Shown piece after piece: positions 19,588-29,496 of a DNA stretch of 55,612 nucleotides. Origin of the DNA: Bacteroidia bacterium (GTDB lineage Bacteria > Bacteroidota > Bacteroidia > UBA4408); assembly GCA_044374175.1 (NCBI GenBank), contig JBILPB010000004.1, positions 1-55,612 on the forward strand. Reading direction: 5' to 3'. Each line of letters begins with the position of its first letter. The stretch's first letter is position 1. Position numbers and translations under genes: made by a program. The notes below the pieces were generated by a model. It ran no database searches. It was not told the DNA's origin and worked only from the letters and a program-made list of their open reading frames with translations.

Positions 19588-21597
19588 TTGACTTTCATTA
19601 TTTCTAGAATACATATTTTTCAGTTTTATGTAATATTACTACCTTTTATTGCACAAGCCAGATTTTCTGATGTTTCAAACGAAATTGAAACGAAGATTTC
19701 TTTAATAAAAGTCGAGAAAGAAGATACAAGCGAAGTAAACAGACTTAATGCTATTGGTTTAAAATTAAAGAAAAAAGGCGATTTTAAGGATGGTCTGAAA
19801 ATTACCCAACAAGCTATCAATATTGCACGCAAAATAAACTATGATAAAGGACTAATAGATGCCTATATTAATGAGGTTGGATTGTATGAAGCACTTGGTA
19901 ACAATCAACGTGCAAAGGAAAGCTTAAATAAGGGATTTAATATTGCAAAAAAAATTAAGTATAAAAAAGGATTAGTCTTACTTTATAGAAATTCGGGAGT
20001 ACTTAATATTGTAGAAAATAATTACCCGAAAGCAATCGAAGACTTTTATAAATCGCTAAAAATAGCTGAGGAAATAAACTATAAAGATGGTATTACCTAT
20101 GCATACAATAATATAGGAAATCTTAACTTTGAACAGGGCAATTATGGGGAAGCGAAAAAAAATTACCTCAGCACATTAAAGCTTTCAGAAGAGTTAAAAG
20201 ATTCTTTCAGTTTGGGCTATGCTTATAACAACCTAGGTTATGTTGCAAGCAAATTAGGGAAGTATTCGGAAGCAATGGAATTTTACAAAAAGTCAATTGA
20301 TATAAAAGAAAAAACAGGTGATAAACGAGGCATTTGTAATGTAAAAAGAAATATTGGAGATATAAATCAGGCAACAGGAAATTACAAAGACGCATTGATT
20401 GAATATAATGAAGCATTAATGATTGCTACTCAGATTAATGATCAGAAGGCGATCTCTGAAATATCTGTCAATTTAGGACGATTAAATTTGATGCTAAAAA
20501 ATTATATTAAATCAAGAGAATATCTTCAAAAGGCATTAAAACTTTCAAATGAAATTGGAGGAAAGTTATTAAAGATTGAGATTTACAATTTACAATCAAA
20601 ACTTGATAGCTGTGAAGGTAACTTTAAATCTGCTTTTGAAAATTCAAAGCTAGAGTTGATTTTAATGGACAGTATTAAAAATGAAAAATCAACACTTCAA
20701 ATAGAACAACTTAAAATTCAGTACGAGACAGAGAAAAAGACCAAGGAACTTGCTGCATTGCGTTACGAAAATGAAATTCAAAAACAAAATACCTATCAAA
20801 TGAATTTGCTGATTTTATTAATTACTGCAGCTTCTTTGTTCATTATTATTTTAATTGCTATTCAAAATATTAGCCGCAAGAAAGAGCTCATTATTGCAAA
20901 AAATGCACTAGAGCTTAAATCACTTGAAATACAAAAAGCAAAGGTAGAAGAACGTGTAAAGGTACAACGCGAAATTTCTGAGCAATATCATGATATTTTA
21001 GGGTATAAAATTACAAGCATTTTACTGATGTGCGAAAATGCCAAGAAAAATTTATTTGATGACAATAAGGTTTTGTATGATTTTGTAATTAGAATAGGAA
21101 ATAAATTGAAAGAGGTTGCAGAAACAAATCGTAGCGGTATTATTGCCTTGTCTTCAGATTCAGATGAACTTGAGTCATTTATTGGAGAACTTCGTGCAGA
21201 TTTAAGTGATTTAGCAGAAACTACTGGAAAGGAAATAAGTTTTCAAATCACTGAAAATATTCCTTCAATTACTGTTGAACCTGTCTTTAAATTTAACATC
21301 TCCGCTGCAATGAAGGAAGCAATAAACAACTCGTTAAAGTATGCAAACTGTGACTTTGTTGAAGTAAAAATTGAAGTTACAGAGCACATCTATAAGATTG
21401 CCATTTCAGATTCAGGCATTGGCATAAGCAACAATCAAAAAAAACATCATGGCTATGGCATGATTAATATGAAAAACCGTATTAAAAGCATTGGAGGAGC
21501 TATTTTTATTGATTCAAAGGAAGGACATGGTACTAAAGTAGTATTTGAAGGTGATTTTAATAGAAGTAATTTCACAAACGAAACATTCACTATTTAA
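19588..21597 (+). CDS. TPR-repeat sensor histidine kinase (HisKA_3/NarX-like)
   Basis: Multiple TPR repeats (AYNNIGNL, AYNNLGYV), one TM helix, H-box YHDILG, N-box EAINNSLKY, DSGIG, GYGMINM, GHGT. Confidence 0.92.
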   Translation: MTFIISRIHIFQFYVILLPFIAQARFSDVSNEIETKISLIKVEKEDTSEVNRLNAIGLKLKKKGDFKDGLKITQQAINIARKINYDKGLIDAYINEVGLYEALGNNQRAKESLNKGFNIAKKIKYKKGLVLLYRNSGVLNIVENNYPKAIEDFYKSLKIAEEINYKDGITYAYNNIGNLNFEQGNYGEAKKNYLSTLKLSEELKDSFSLGYAYNNLGYVASKLGKYSEAMEFYKKSIDIKEKTGDKRGICNVKRNIGDINQATGNYKDALIEYNEALMIATQINDQKAISEISVNLGRLNLMLKNYIKSREYLQKALKLSNEIGGKLLKIEIYNLQSKLDSCEGNFKSAFENSKLELILMDSIKNEKSTLQIEQLKIQYETEKKTKELAALRYENEIQKQNTYQMNLLILLITAASLFIIILIAIQNISRKKELIIAKNALELKSLEIQKAKVEERVKVQREISEQYHDILGYKITSILLMCENAKKNLFDDNKVLYDFVIRIGNKLKEVAETNRSGIIALSSDSDELESFIGELRADLSDLAETTGKEISFQITENIPSITVEPVFKFNISAAMKEAINNSLKYANCDFVEVKIEVTEHIYKIAISDSGIGISNNQKKHHGYGMINMKNRIKSIGGAIFIDSKEGHGTKVVFEGDFNRSNFTNETFTI

Positions 21598-21606
21598 TTT
21601 ATTAAG

Positions 21607-22242
21607 ATGGAGGAGAATCCAATGATAAGCATAGTAATAGTTGAGGATGATATGGAAACTAGGAACTTAGTTGCAAACTATTTAGAATCTGTTCCACATT
21701 TTAAAGTCATTGAAACTTTTGGCTCTGCAGAAGCAACCGCTTTAAAATTTAATGAACTTGAAATTGATGTTTGCCTAGTTGATATTGGTTTACCAGGAAT
21801 GAATGGAATAGAATGTATAAACAAACTTAAAGCAATAAAACCCAAAGTGAATTTTATTGTTTTTTCAACTGCCAATAATAATGAGCAACTATTTAATGCA
21901 CTGGCGGCAGGGGCTACAAGCTATATCCTCAAGCATCAGATTTCAAAATTACAGCAAGCAATAGAAGATGCAGTTGAAGGAACAGGAACTTTTTCACCTG
22001 GAGTTATTAATCGTTTGAGAGACTATTTTCTTGGACTAAAGTCCGAAAATCAACTTGTAAAAAAACTAACAGAAAGAGAAATGGAGGTGCTTGTAATTGC
22101 AAGTAAAGGAAAGAGAAACAAAGAAATTGCTGCTGACCTGAATATTGATGAAACTACTGTTAAAAAGCATATGTCAAATATTATATCTAAGTTGCATGTT
22201 GGAAATAGAGTTGAGGCAATCAATATGCTCCTAGGGCATTAA
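21607..22242 (+). CDS. NarL/FixJ-family response regulator (REC + LuxR HTH)
   Basis: VEDD, DIGLPGMNG, YILK, LTEREMEVL...GKRNKEIA...TVKKHMSNI..KL motifs. Confidence 0.95.
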   Translation: MEENPMISIVIVEDDMETRNLVANYLESVPHFKVIETFGSAEATALKFNELEIDVCLVDIGLPGMNGIECINKLKAIKPKVNFIVFSTANNNEQLFNALAAGATSYILKHQISKLQQAIEDAVEGTGTFSPGVINRLRDYFLGLKSENQLVKKLTEREMEVLVIASKGKRNKEIAADLNIDETTVKKHMSNIISKLHVGNRVEAINMLLGH

Positions 22243-22285
22243 AGACAATTTTACCATTGTATAAATTTGGAATGATATAGTGTTC

Positions 22286-22393
22286 TTAATTCACTTTAAT
22301 CAAATTATCTTCTCCATCCTTGCCAATCAGTTGGTTCAATGGGTCAATTCCTGCTTTATATTGTTCATTATTCATCACAAATTTATAGGTCAT
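22286..22393 (-). pseudogene. 3'-terminal gene relic resembling the C-terminus of Bacteroidota ABC-permease/M1 aminopeptidase proteins
   Basis: Manual translation MTYKFVMNNEQYKAGIDPLNQLIGKDGEDNLIKVN* resembles the AGIDPxNxLIDxxxxDN terminal motif as I recall it; in-frame stop shortly upstream. Confidence 0.55.
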
Positions 22394-22516
22394 TTTATTT
22401 TTAACCTTAGTTCAATTAATAAAAGCACATCAATTGATTAGTCTTCTATGTTTAACATTTTATAAATGATAATATTTAGCATAGAAAAATGATAGGGTTG
22501 ATCCCCAATTATTGTT

Positions 22517-24025
22517 TTAACTTACCAATACTTCTCCAGTCATTTCAGCGGGTTGGTTAAGGTGCATCATTTTTAAAATGCTAGGCGCTACATCTGCTAA
22601 GCGACCGTTTTTGATATGTTTAAATTCATTACTCACTAAAATGCATGGCACAGGATTTAAGGAATGCGCTGTGTTGGGGCTTCCATCGTCATTCAACATA
22701 AAATCGGCATTACCATGATCAGCAATAATGATGAATGAATAGCCATGTTGCATGCCAGTTTGCACTACATCTTGTAAACACGCATCAACTGTTTCGAGGG
22801 CTTTTATAACTGCGCTAAAAACACCTGTATGCCCTACCATATCTGGATTGGCAAAGTTTAAACAAATAAAATCGGGCTGAACAGCTTTGATCGTTTTTAC
22901 AATTTTATCTTTAAGTGGATTGGCACTCATTTCGGGTTGTAAATCGTAAGTTGCTACTTTGGGCGAAGGCTCCATGATGCGCATTTCGCCATCAAAGGCG
23001 GCTTCTCGTCCACCTGAAAAAAAGAAAGTAACATGTGGATATTTTTCGGTTTCAGCTGCACGCAATTGTGTTTTTTTGGCCGCTGCAATTACTTCGCCTA
23101 AGGTTTTACTGAGGTTATCTTTTTCGTAACATACGTGTACATTTTTGTAATTTTCATCATAGCGGGTCATTGTGGTGTAATGCAGTTTCAAGGTATGCAT
23201 GTCATGCTCAGGCATCTCTTTTTGTGTAAGTACTTCGGTAATTTCTCTGCATCTATCAGTACGAAAATTAAAGCAAATTACAGCATCATTTTCTTGCATA
23301 ATTCCATCTGAAATGATATTACAAGGTTTAATAAATTCATCAGTTACCTCATTGTTATATGAGGCCATTATTGCTTCTTGAGCCGTATTAAATTTATTGC
23401 CTTTGGCGTGTAATAATAAATCGTAAGCCAATTTTATTCTTTCCCATCTTTTATCTCTATCCATGGCATAGTAGCGGCCACAAACAGAAGCAATTTTTGC
23501 TGTGGAATTTATTTGAGCGAGGTAATTTTCGAGTGCTTGAATAAATCCTAAACCGCTTTTAGGATCAGTGTCGCGGCCATCCATAAAGGCATGAATATAA
23601 ACCTCTTTTAGCCCCATTGTTTTTGCCATATCGCAAAGTGCATACACATGTTTATTACTGCTATGCACGCCACCATCACTTATTAAGCCCATCAAATGTA
23701 AGGCTTTATTATTTTCGAGGGCATATTGCATGGCAGTTTTTAGCGCCTCGTTCTTAAAAAAACTTTGGTCTTTAATGGCTAAATTTATTTTAACTAAATC
23801 TTGGTAAACCACACGACCTGCACCTATGTTAAGATGTCCAACTTCTGAGTTGCCCATTTGTCCTTCGGGCAAGCCCACATCCTCGCCACAAGCCATGAGC
23901 TGACTATTGGGATATTGTTTCATTAATGAGCGATAAAAAGGCACGTTAGCATGTGCTACTGCATCAGATTTTGAACCATTTCCTAAACCCCATCCATCTA
24001 AAATTATTAGTGCTGTTTTACTCAT
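22517..24025 (-). CDS. gpmI: 2,3-bisphosphoglycerate-independent phosphoglycerate mutase
   Basis: ILDGWG, GQMGNSEVGH, DGRD, AETEKYPHVTFF, NPDMVGHTG and ADHGNAD motifs. Confidence 0.97.
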   Translation of the reverse strand: MSKTALIILDGWGLGNGSKSDAVAHANVPFYRSLMKQYPNSQLMACGEDVGLPEGQMGNSEVGHLNIGAGRVVYQDLVKINLAIKDQSFFKNEALKTAMQYALENNKALHLMGLISDGGVHSSNKHVYALCDMAKTMGLKEVYIHAFMDGRDTDPKSGLGFIQALENYLAQINSTAKIASVCGRYYAMDRDKRWERIKLAYDLLLHAKGNKFNTAQEAIMASYNNEVTDEFIKPCNIISDGIMQENDAVICFNFRTDRCREITEVLTQKEMPEHDMHTLKLHYTTMTRYDENYKNVHVCYEKDNLSKTLGEVIAAAKKTQLRAAETEKYPHVTFFFSGGREAAFDGEMRIMEPSPKVATYDLQPEMSANPLKDKIVKTIKAVQPDFICLNFANPDMVGHTGVFSAVIKALETVDACLQDVVQTGMQHGYSFIIIADHGNADFMLNDDGSPNTAHSLNPVPCILVSNEFKHIKNGRLADVAPSILKMMHLNQPAEMTGEVLVS

Positions 24026-24027
24026 TT

Positions 24028-25020
24028 TTATGCGTTGTTTGTGCTATTTAATTGAATTGTAAATATTGTTCCTTTTGGTTGATTGGCGGCTATTTTGATA
24101 GTGCCTTGATGCATTTTCACTAAATTTTTTACGATATATAAACCAAGCCCTGTGCCTTTGGTATTGCGTGTTTCTTCATTACCAGAACGATAAAATTTAT
24201 TAAAAACCATTTGTTCTTCGGAAGTAGAAATACCTATGCCTTGATCTTTAATGATGAGTGTAATAATATCATTTTCTTTTTTTAAAATAACATCAATTGT
24301 ACTTTGTGCAGGTGAGTATTTACTGGCGTTATCGAGTAAATTTGTAATGATAGATGTAAAGGCCATAGCATCACCCTTAATTTTAATATCAGGAATTATA
24401 TCGGTATTTATTTGATGATTTTTGAGTAATGCTATTTTCAAATTATCGATTATTTTTTGACACAAGGCTGATAGGTTGAAATTTTCTTTTTGAATAAGAT
24501 AGGCACTACTTTCAATGCGATTCGCTAATAATATTTTTTCTACCAAGGCATCTAATCTTTCGGTTTCTTGTAAAGCCTGATTTAATACAAACTCTTGCTT
24601 GTCTTGCGATAACTGGTGCTTAAGCAATGTTTCTATTTGCAAACGGGCGGAGGCTATTGGTGATTTTAATTCATGTGTGATAGAGAGCATGAAATTTTTT
24701 TGCTGTTTGCTCAACTCAAATTCCTTTTTGAAAGTATTTCTTGTGCGATAAATTCCTAAGCCTAAAATAAGTGCAAACACAGTTCCTTCACCAGCAATCA
24801 TAAGCCAACGCTTGTGTAATTTAGCATTGAGTTGTTCTTGTGCAATTACTAAATCATCTGCATTTTTATTGGTGTATACTTCAATTTTTAGTTTTAAATC
24901 ATGTACCTCTTTGTTGAGGTTGGTAATCATGTATGCCCACCAACAAAATTGTAACAACACATAAATTACTAGTAAGTAAAATTGTAGCAAAACCTTGCTC
25001 GAAGTGTTGTTGGGCTTCAT
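24028..25020 (-). CDS. Sensor histidine kinase (2 TM, HisKA + HATPase)
   Basis: THELKSP H-box, NLLDNASKY, DQGIG, FYR, GTGLGLYIV motifs. Confidence 0.93.
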   Translation of the reverse strand: MKPNNTSSKVLLQFYLLVIYVLLQFCWWAYMITNLNKEVHDLKLKIEVYTNKNADDLVIAQEQLNAKLHKRWLMIAGEGTVFALILGLGIYRTRNTFKKEFELSKQQKNFMLSITHELKSPIASARLQIETLLKHQLSQDKQEFVLNQALQETERLDALVEKILLANRIESSAYLIQKENFNLSALCQKIIDNLKIALLKNHQINTDIIPDIKIKGDAMAFTSIITNLLDNASKYSPAQSTIDVILKKENDIITLIIKDQGIGISTSEEQMVFNKFYRSGNEETRNTKGTGLGLYIVKNLVKMHQGTIKIAANQPKGTIFTIQLNSTNNA

Positions 25021-25030
25021 TTAAAAATTA

Positions 25031-25810
25031 TTATTCGCCTTTAAAAACGGGGGATCTTTTTTCTAAAAAAGCACTTACACCTTCGTTATAATCATAGGTT
25101 TCAGCGGCTTTCACTTGTAATTCGCCTTCAGCTTCCAATTGCCTTTCTAGGCTATTTGTTGCCGATATATACACCAATTGTTTGGTGTAGGCCAATGCTT
25201 TGGTTGGCATAGCAGCAAGCTTATGCGCTAATGCTAATGCATCTTCCATTAATTTATCGGCAGGTGTAACTTTGTACAACATACCCATTTGCAAGGCGTC
25301 ATTGGCGCTTACTTTATCGCCTAACATCATTAGGGCTAAAGCTCTTTGAGTGCCAATTAATCTTGGTAAAAAGAAAGTTCCACCACTATCAGGTATTAAT
25401 CCTATTTTACTGAATGCTTGAATAAAAGAAGCTTGTTCGGAGGCAATTACAATATCGCATGCCAATGCAATATTTGCTCCGGCACCAGCTGCAACACCAT
25501 TTACAGCACAAACAATGGGTTTTTCGATGTGCCTTAATCTTGTGATAATTGGATTATAATGTTCGACCACAATATTTTTAATGCCTGGGCCTGAGTCGTC
25601 AATTGCTTCAGATAAATCTTGACCTGCACAAAATGCTTTTCCGTTACCTGTAATAAGCACCGCTCTTATATTGCTATTATGCCTTGCTTTATCAAGCTCT
25701 GCTTGCAGCGACAAGGCCATTGTTCGGTTAAAACTGTTTAAAACATCCGGTCTATTCAACTTAATAATTTGAACATTGCCATCAATAGTTACTTCAATTC
25801 CTGAGTTCAT
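25031..25810 (-). CDS. paaG: Enoyl-CoA hydratase/isomerase, PaaG-like
   Basis: FCAGQDL, NGVAAGAGANIALACD and IGLIPDSGGT motifs; adjacent to paaD. Confidence 0.85.
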   Translation of the reverse strand: MNSGIEVTIDGNVQIIKLNRPDVLNSFNRTMALSLQAELDKARHNSNIRAVLITGNGKAFCAGQDLSEAIDDSGPGIKNIVVEHYNPIITRLRHIEKPIVCAVNGVAAGAGANIALACDIVIASEQASFIQAFSKIGLIPDSGGTFFLPRLIGTQRALALMMLGDKVSANDALQMGMLYKVTPADKLMEDALALAHKLAAMPTKALAYTKQLVYISATNSLERQLEAEGELQVKAAETYDYNEGVSAFLEKRSPVFKGE

Positions 25811-25822
25811 ATTTTTTTATAA

Positions 25823-26320
25823 TTATAGACATTTAAAATAGTCGAAAGGCTCCATGCATTGTTTGCATTTGTAGAGTGCTTTGCAAGCAGTGCTTCCAAA
25901 TTGATTAATCATTTCAGTATCCGCTGAGCCACATTGAGGGCATTTTACAACGCGCTCTGCCTTTCCTAACAATACCGCTTTGTTGACTGAGGTTTTTTCG
26001 GGTGGTGCAATGCCATAGGTTCTTAATTTTTCTTTGGCAGCGTCTGTAATCCAGTCGGTAGTCCATGCTGGAGAGAGCACAGTGTTTATTTTATAATTAG
26101 TAAGCAAGTGTTTTTCAGCAATTTTTTTGATGTCGTTTTCGATATGCTGCATGGCAGGACAACCAGTGTATGTTGGGGTTATGGTAACATTAAGGATATT
26201 ATTTTCTAAACTTATATTTTTTAATATCCCTAATTCTTCGATGGTAATCACAGGAATTTCAGGATCTGGAATTGCCTTAATTTCATTTATAATAGCTTCT
26301 TGTTGTGGTGTCATTTGCAT
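25823..26320 (-). CDS. paaD: 1,2-phenylacetyl-CoA epoxidase subunit PaaD (PaaJ)
   Basis: DPEIPV, TPTYTGCPAM, WTTDWI, CPQCGS, FGSTACKA and C.EPFDYFKC motifs. Confidence 0.95.
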   Translation of the reverse strand: MQMTPQQEAIINEIKAIPDPEIPVITIEELGILKNISLENNILNVTITPTYTGCPAMQHIENDIKKIAEKHLLTNYKINTVLSPAWTTDWITDAAKEKLRTYGIAPPEKTSVNKAVLLGKAERVVKCPQCGSADTEMINQFGSTACKALYKCKQCMEPFDYFKCL

Positions 26321-26408
26321 TTAAAATTCACTACAAAATTAACATAAAGATGCTTCAATGTAAAGAAAAATTGAGGGAAATTTGTTTTAGTGTTTCAATT
26401 TAAATTTA

Positions 26409-26666
26409 TTGATTTTCAACACTTACATTTGCATGATGAATATGATGGGACCGGACGCCAATTTACTTTTGCAACTTACAACAATACGCATGCCTTTTGG
26501 AAAGTATAAAGACAGTTTTATTTATAAACTTCCGGTTTCATACTTAGAATGGTTTCAGAGAAAGGGATTTCCGAAAGGAAAGCTAGGAATTTTACTTCAA
26601 ACGATGTATGAAATTAAGTTGAATGGGTTAGAATATTTGCTACAACCCTTATTAGATAAAAAGTAA
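26409..26666 (+). CDS. DUF3820-family small protein
   Basis: MPFGKYK...LP..YLEWF..KGFP.GKLG.LL..MYEIK.NGL pattern. True start is probably ATG 26442/26445, just after the TACATTTG -7 box at 26424-26431. Confidence 0.85.
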   Translation: MIFNTYICMMNMMGPDANLLLQLTTIRMPFGKYKDSFIYKLPVSYLEWFQRKGFPKGKLGILLQTMYEIKLNGLEYLLQPLLDKK

Positions 26667-27016
26667 GCATTATTATTTTACTGCTTAGCTCTTTTTTTTC
26701 GCTAGCTATTGTAATATTTTTTAAACGTTCTTATTTTAACATATGATGCATTTGTAACAAGTGAAAACTTTTGTGAACTTAATTATGCATTTTAAACTTA
26801 CTTAGCTAAGTGATGTATCGTGGTTCTTATTTTATAACGCACATATTATCATTATTAATTTCAAAATAGCCAGCAATTCTCTCAATCCAAAACAGTCGGT
26901 GAACACTTGATATTATTATAAAATTTTGTTGACCAACGATTCCTACAGCATAATTTGGGTTAAAAAAGTTCTTGTAAAAAATATAATAAAAATCATTGTT
27001 GTCCGATAAAAAAATA

Positions 27017-27046
27017 GAAGGAAGTAATTAAACTTCCTTCCTTTTT
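27017..27046 (+). terminator. Terminator-like hairpin inside the IS left end
   Basis: GAAGGAAGT-aattaa-ACTTCCTTC followed by cTTTTT. Confidence 0.6.
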
Positions 27047-27079
27047 GTAGTTTTGTTTTCGCTAAAAAAATCAATCTAC

Positions 27080-28279
27080 ATGACCAAAACTACACATTTT
27101 TTTGGGAATTCGGTTTTCGGACAGCTGATTTCCTTAATTGGTTCAAGTATTATTTCTAAAGCAGTCCAAGAATGTAATTCAGATTACTATGTAAAGAAGT
27201 TTACTACAAAAGATCATCTCATAAGCATGCTATTTTGTACTGTTGCTAAATGTGTTTCACTTCGTGAAGTCTGTGGAGCTATGTTAGGTTTGTCAGGTAA
27301 AACAGAACATTTTCAACTTAGTCATATTCCCAAAAAAAGTACACTGGCTGATGCAAATGAAAGACGGGATGTAGAGGTGTTTGGCAAAATTTACGAAGGT
27401 TTGCTAAAAAAATATGGTCATCTTTTATCGGACAGCCGAATTAAAGCAGTCATTAAAAAGCAAATTAAATTATTTGATAGTACTACTGTAAGCCTCTTTC
27501 ACGACATCCTAAAATGCGTAGGAAGGCCTGCTCAAAATGGTAAAAAGAAAGGGGGAATTAAAGTTCACACCGTTATCAATGTAGATGAAATGGTTCCTGA
27601 TCTAATTTGGTTTACAGAAGCTGCAAAACATGATCATATTTTGTTAGAGAAATTAAAACTGGATAGCAATACAATTTATGTGTTTGATAAAGGGTATAAT
27701 GATTATAAAGCCTTTAAACTATTTAGTGAAAATAAAACAGGTTTTGTTACCAGAATAAAAGATAATGCAGTTTACCAAACAGTTGAAATCAACGAACTAG
27801 ATGAGCATATTCACTCAGGAGTATTACAAGATGAAATAATAGAAATCAACGTAAAGGAAAATGGAACTGAAAGCAAATTAAAGTTGCGAAAAATCAGATT
27901 TTACGATCGTGTATTAAAAAGAGAGTTTGAGTTTTTAACTAATTTATTCGAGATGAGACCTGATTTGGTTTCCGCAATCTATAAACTACGCTGGCAAATT
28001 GAAATATTATTCAAACAATTGAAACAAAATTTCCCACTTAAGTATTTTTTAGGCGATAACGAAAATGCTATTAAAATCCAGATATATTGTGCCTTGATAA
28101 CAAATTTATTGATGACCGTGATTCAAAAATCAGTAAAAAGATCATGGGCGTTTTCAAATTTGGTGAGCTTTTGCAGGATACACTTATTCAACTACATTCA
28201 TTTATTGTTGTTCCTTGAAAATCCAGATAAAGATTGGCAAAAACAAAAAAATGAAGCTGGGCAATATGCGCTTTTTTAG
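27080..28279 (+). CDS. IS4-family transposase (DUF4372 + DDE_Tnp_1)
   Basis: FDSTTV, FDKGY and YKLRWQIEILFKQLKQ (YREK signature). Start moved from TTG 27053 to ATG 27080. Confidence 0.95.
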   Translation: MTKTTHFFGNSVFGQLISLIGSSIISKAVQECNSDYYVKKFTTKDHLISMLFCTVAKCVSLREVCGAMLGLSGKTEHFQLSHIPKKSTLADANERRDVEVFGKIYEGLLKKYGHLLSDSRIKAVIKKQIKLFDSTTVSLFHDILKCVGRPAQNGKKKGGIKVHTVINVDEMVPDLIWFTEAAKHDHILLEKLKLDSNTIYVFDKGYNDYKAFKLFSENKTGFVTRIKDNAVYQTVEINELDEHIHSGVLQDEIIEINVKENGTESKLKLRKIRFYDRVLKREFEFLTNLFEMRPDLVSAIYKLRWQIEILFKQLKQNFPLKYFLGDNENAIKIQIYCALITNLLMTVIQKSVKRSWAFSNLVSFCRIHLFNYIHLLLFLENPDKDWQKQKNEAGQYALF

Positions 28280-28509
28280 GGGGCTTGATTTTTAAAAAAC
28301 CTAAACTGGGTTTGAAAACAATTGAAAATCAATTACTTGAAAAAGCTAAAATTCATTTTTGTACTTTTAGCGGACAACAATGATACTTAAAATAGTTTTA
28401 CCATGATTCAAAGAAAAGATTTTACAATTTTCGTTCTAACTATAGAAACAAAAAAGCCACATATTTATATTTTTGTATTTTAGCCGCTCAAATCAAAAAG
28501 AAAGAATTT

Positions 28510-29466
28510 ATGGCAACCATGTTAGATTTTGAAAAACCAATATCGGATTTAATAGAGCAGCGCGAGAAAGTGGAGCAAGTGGCCGCTAAAAGTGGTGTTG
28601 ATGTTTCTAAAACAATCAAAGACTTAGACGATAAAATTAAAACTGCCAGAAAACAGGTGTACGATAATCTCACCCCTTGGCAAAGAGTAATGGTTAGTCG
28701 TCATCCTGATAGGCCTTATGCTATTAGTTATATCAATGCCTTGAGCGATAACACCTGGATTGAATTACATGGCGATCGTACGGTAAAAGATGATAAAGCG
28801 ATGGTTGGTGGTTTTGGCAGTTTGGATGGTAGAACAGTAATGTTTATTGGACAGCAAAAAGGCATCAATACAAAAATGCGCCAATACCGTAACTTTGGCA
28901 TGCCAAATCCAGAGGGTTACAGAAAGGCTTTACGCTTAATGAAATTAGCTGAAAAATTTAATAAACCCATTGTTACATTTATTGATACGCCCGGTGCCTA
29001 CCCGGGATTGGAAGCCGAAGAGCGCGGCCAAGGCGAAGCCATTGCACGCAATTTAATTGAAATGGCACAATTAAAAGTGCCAGTAATTTGCATCATTATT
29101 GGCGAAGGTGCCTCTGGAGGAGCCTTAGGTATTGGCATTGGCGATAAAGTATTGATGTTAGAAAACACCTGGTATTCGGTAATTTCGCCTGAATCATGCT
29201 CTTCTATTTTATGGAGAAGTTGGGATTTTAAAGAAAGAGCTGCTGAAGCGCTAAAATTGACTGCTACCGATATGTATGCCAATAAATTAGTTGATGGAAT
29301 TATTAAAGAACCACTCGGAGGAGCGCATACCAACATTCCTGAAGCGCATAAAATTGTGAAGGCAGAAGTTAAAAAACAACTCGAAAAATTAGATGCTTTA
29401 ACTCCAGATCAAAGGATTGATAAAAGAATAAAAAAATTCTGCGCCATGGGCGTTGTTATTGAATAA
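28510..29466 (+). CDS. accA: Acetyl-CoA carboxylase carboxyltransferase alpha subunit
   Basis: [35 protein letters not shown] and GEGASGGAL motifs. Confidence 0.97.
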   Translation: MATMLDFEKPISDLIEQREKVEQVAAKSGVDVSKTIKDLDDKIKTARKQVYDNLTPWQRVMVSRHPDRPYAISYINALSDNTWIELHGDRTVKDDKAMVGGFGSLDGRTVMFIGQQKGINTKMRQYRNFGMPNPEGYRKALRLMKLAEKFNKPIVTFIDTPGAYPGLEAEERGQGEAIARNLIEMAQLKVPVICIIIGEGASGGALGIGIGDKVLMLENTWYSVISPESCSSILWRSWDFKERAAEALKLTATDMYANKLVDGIIKEPLGGAHTNIPEAHKIVKAEVKKQLEKLDALTPDQRIDKRIKKFCAMGVVIE

Positions 29467-29496
29467 ATATCATTTTTAAACCAACTCATAAATAAG

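Larger units (their letters stand above)
26994..28382 (+). mobile_element. IS4-family insertion sequence (1389 bp)
   Basis: Terminal IRs CATTGTTGTCCGATAAAA (left) and CATTGTTGTCCGCTAAAA (right, reverse complement) enclose one DDE transposase. Confidence 0.93.

Noticed and set aside
26667-26993. Intergenic stretch left of the IS as ncRNA or gene remnant
   Set aside because: No stable structure or recognisable peptide could be identified by eye
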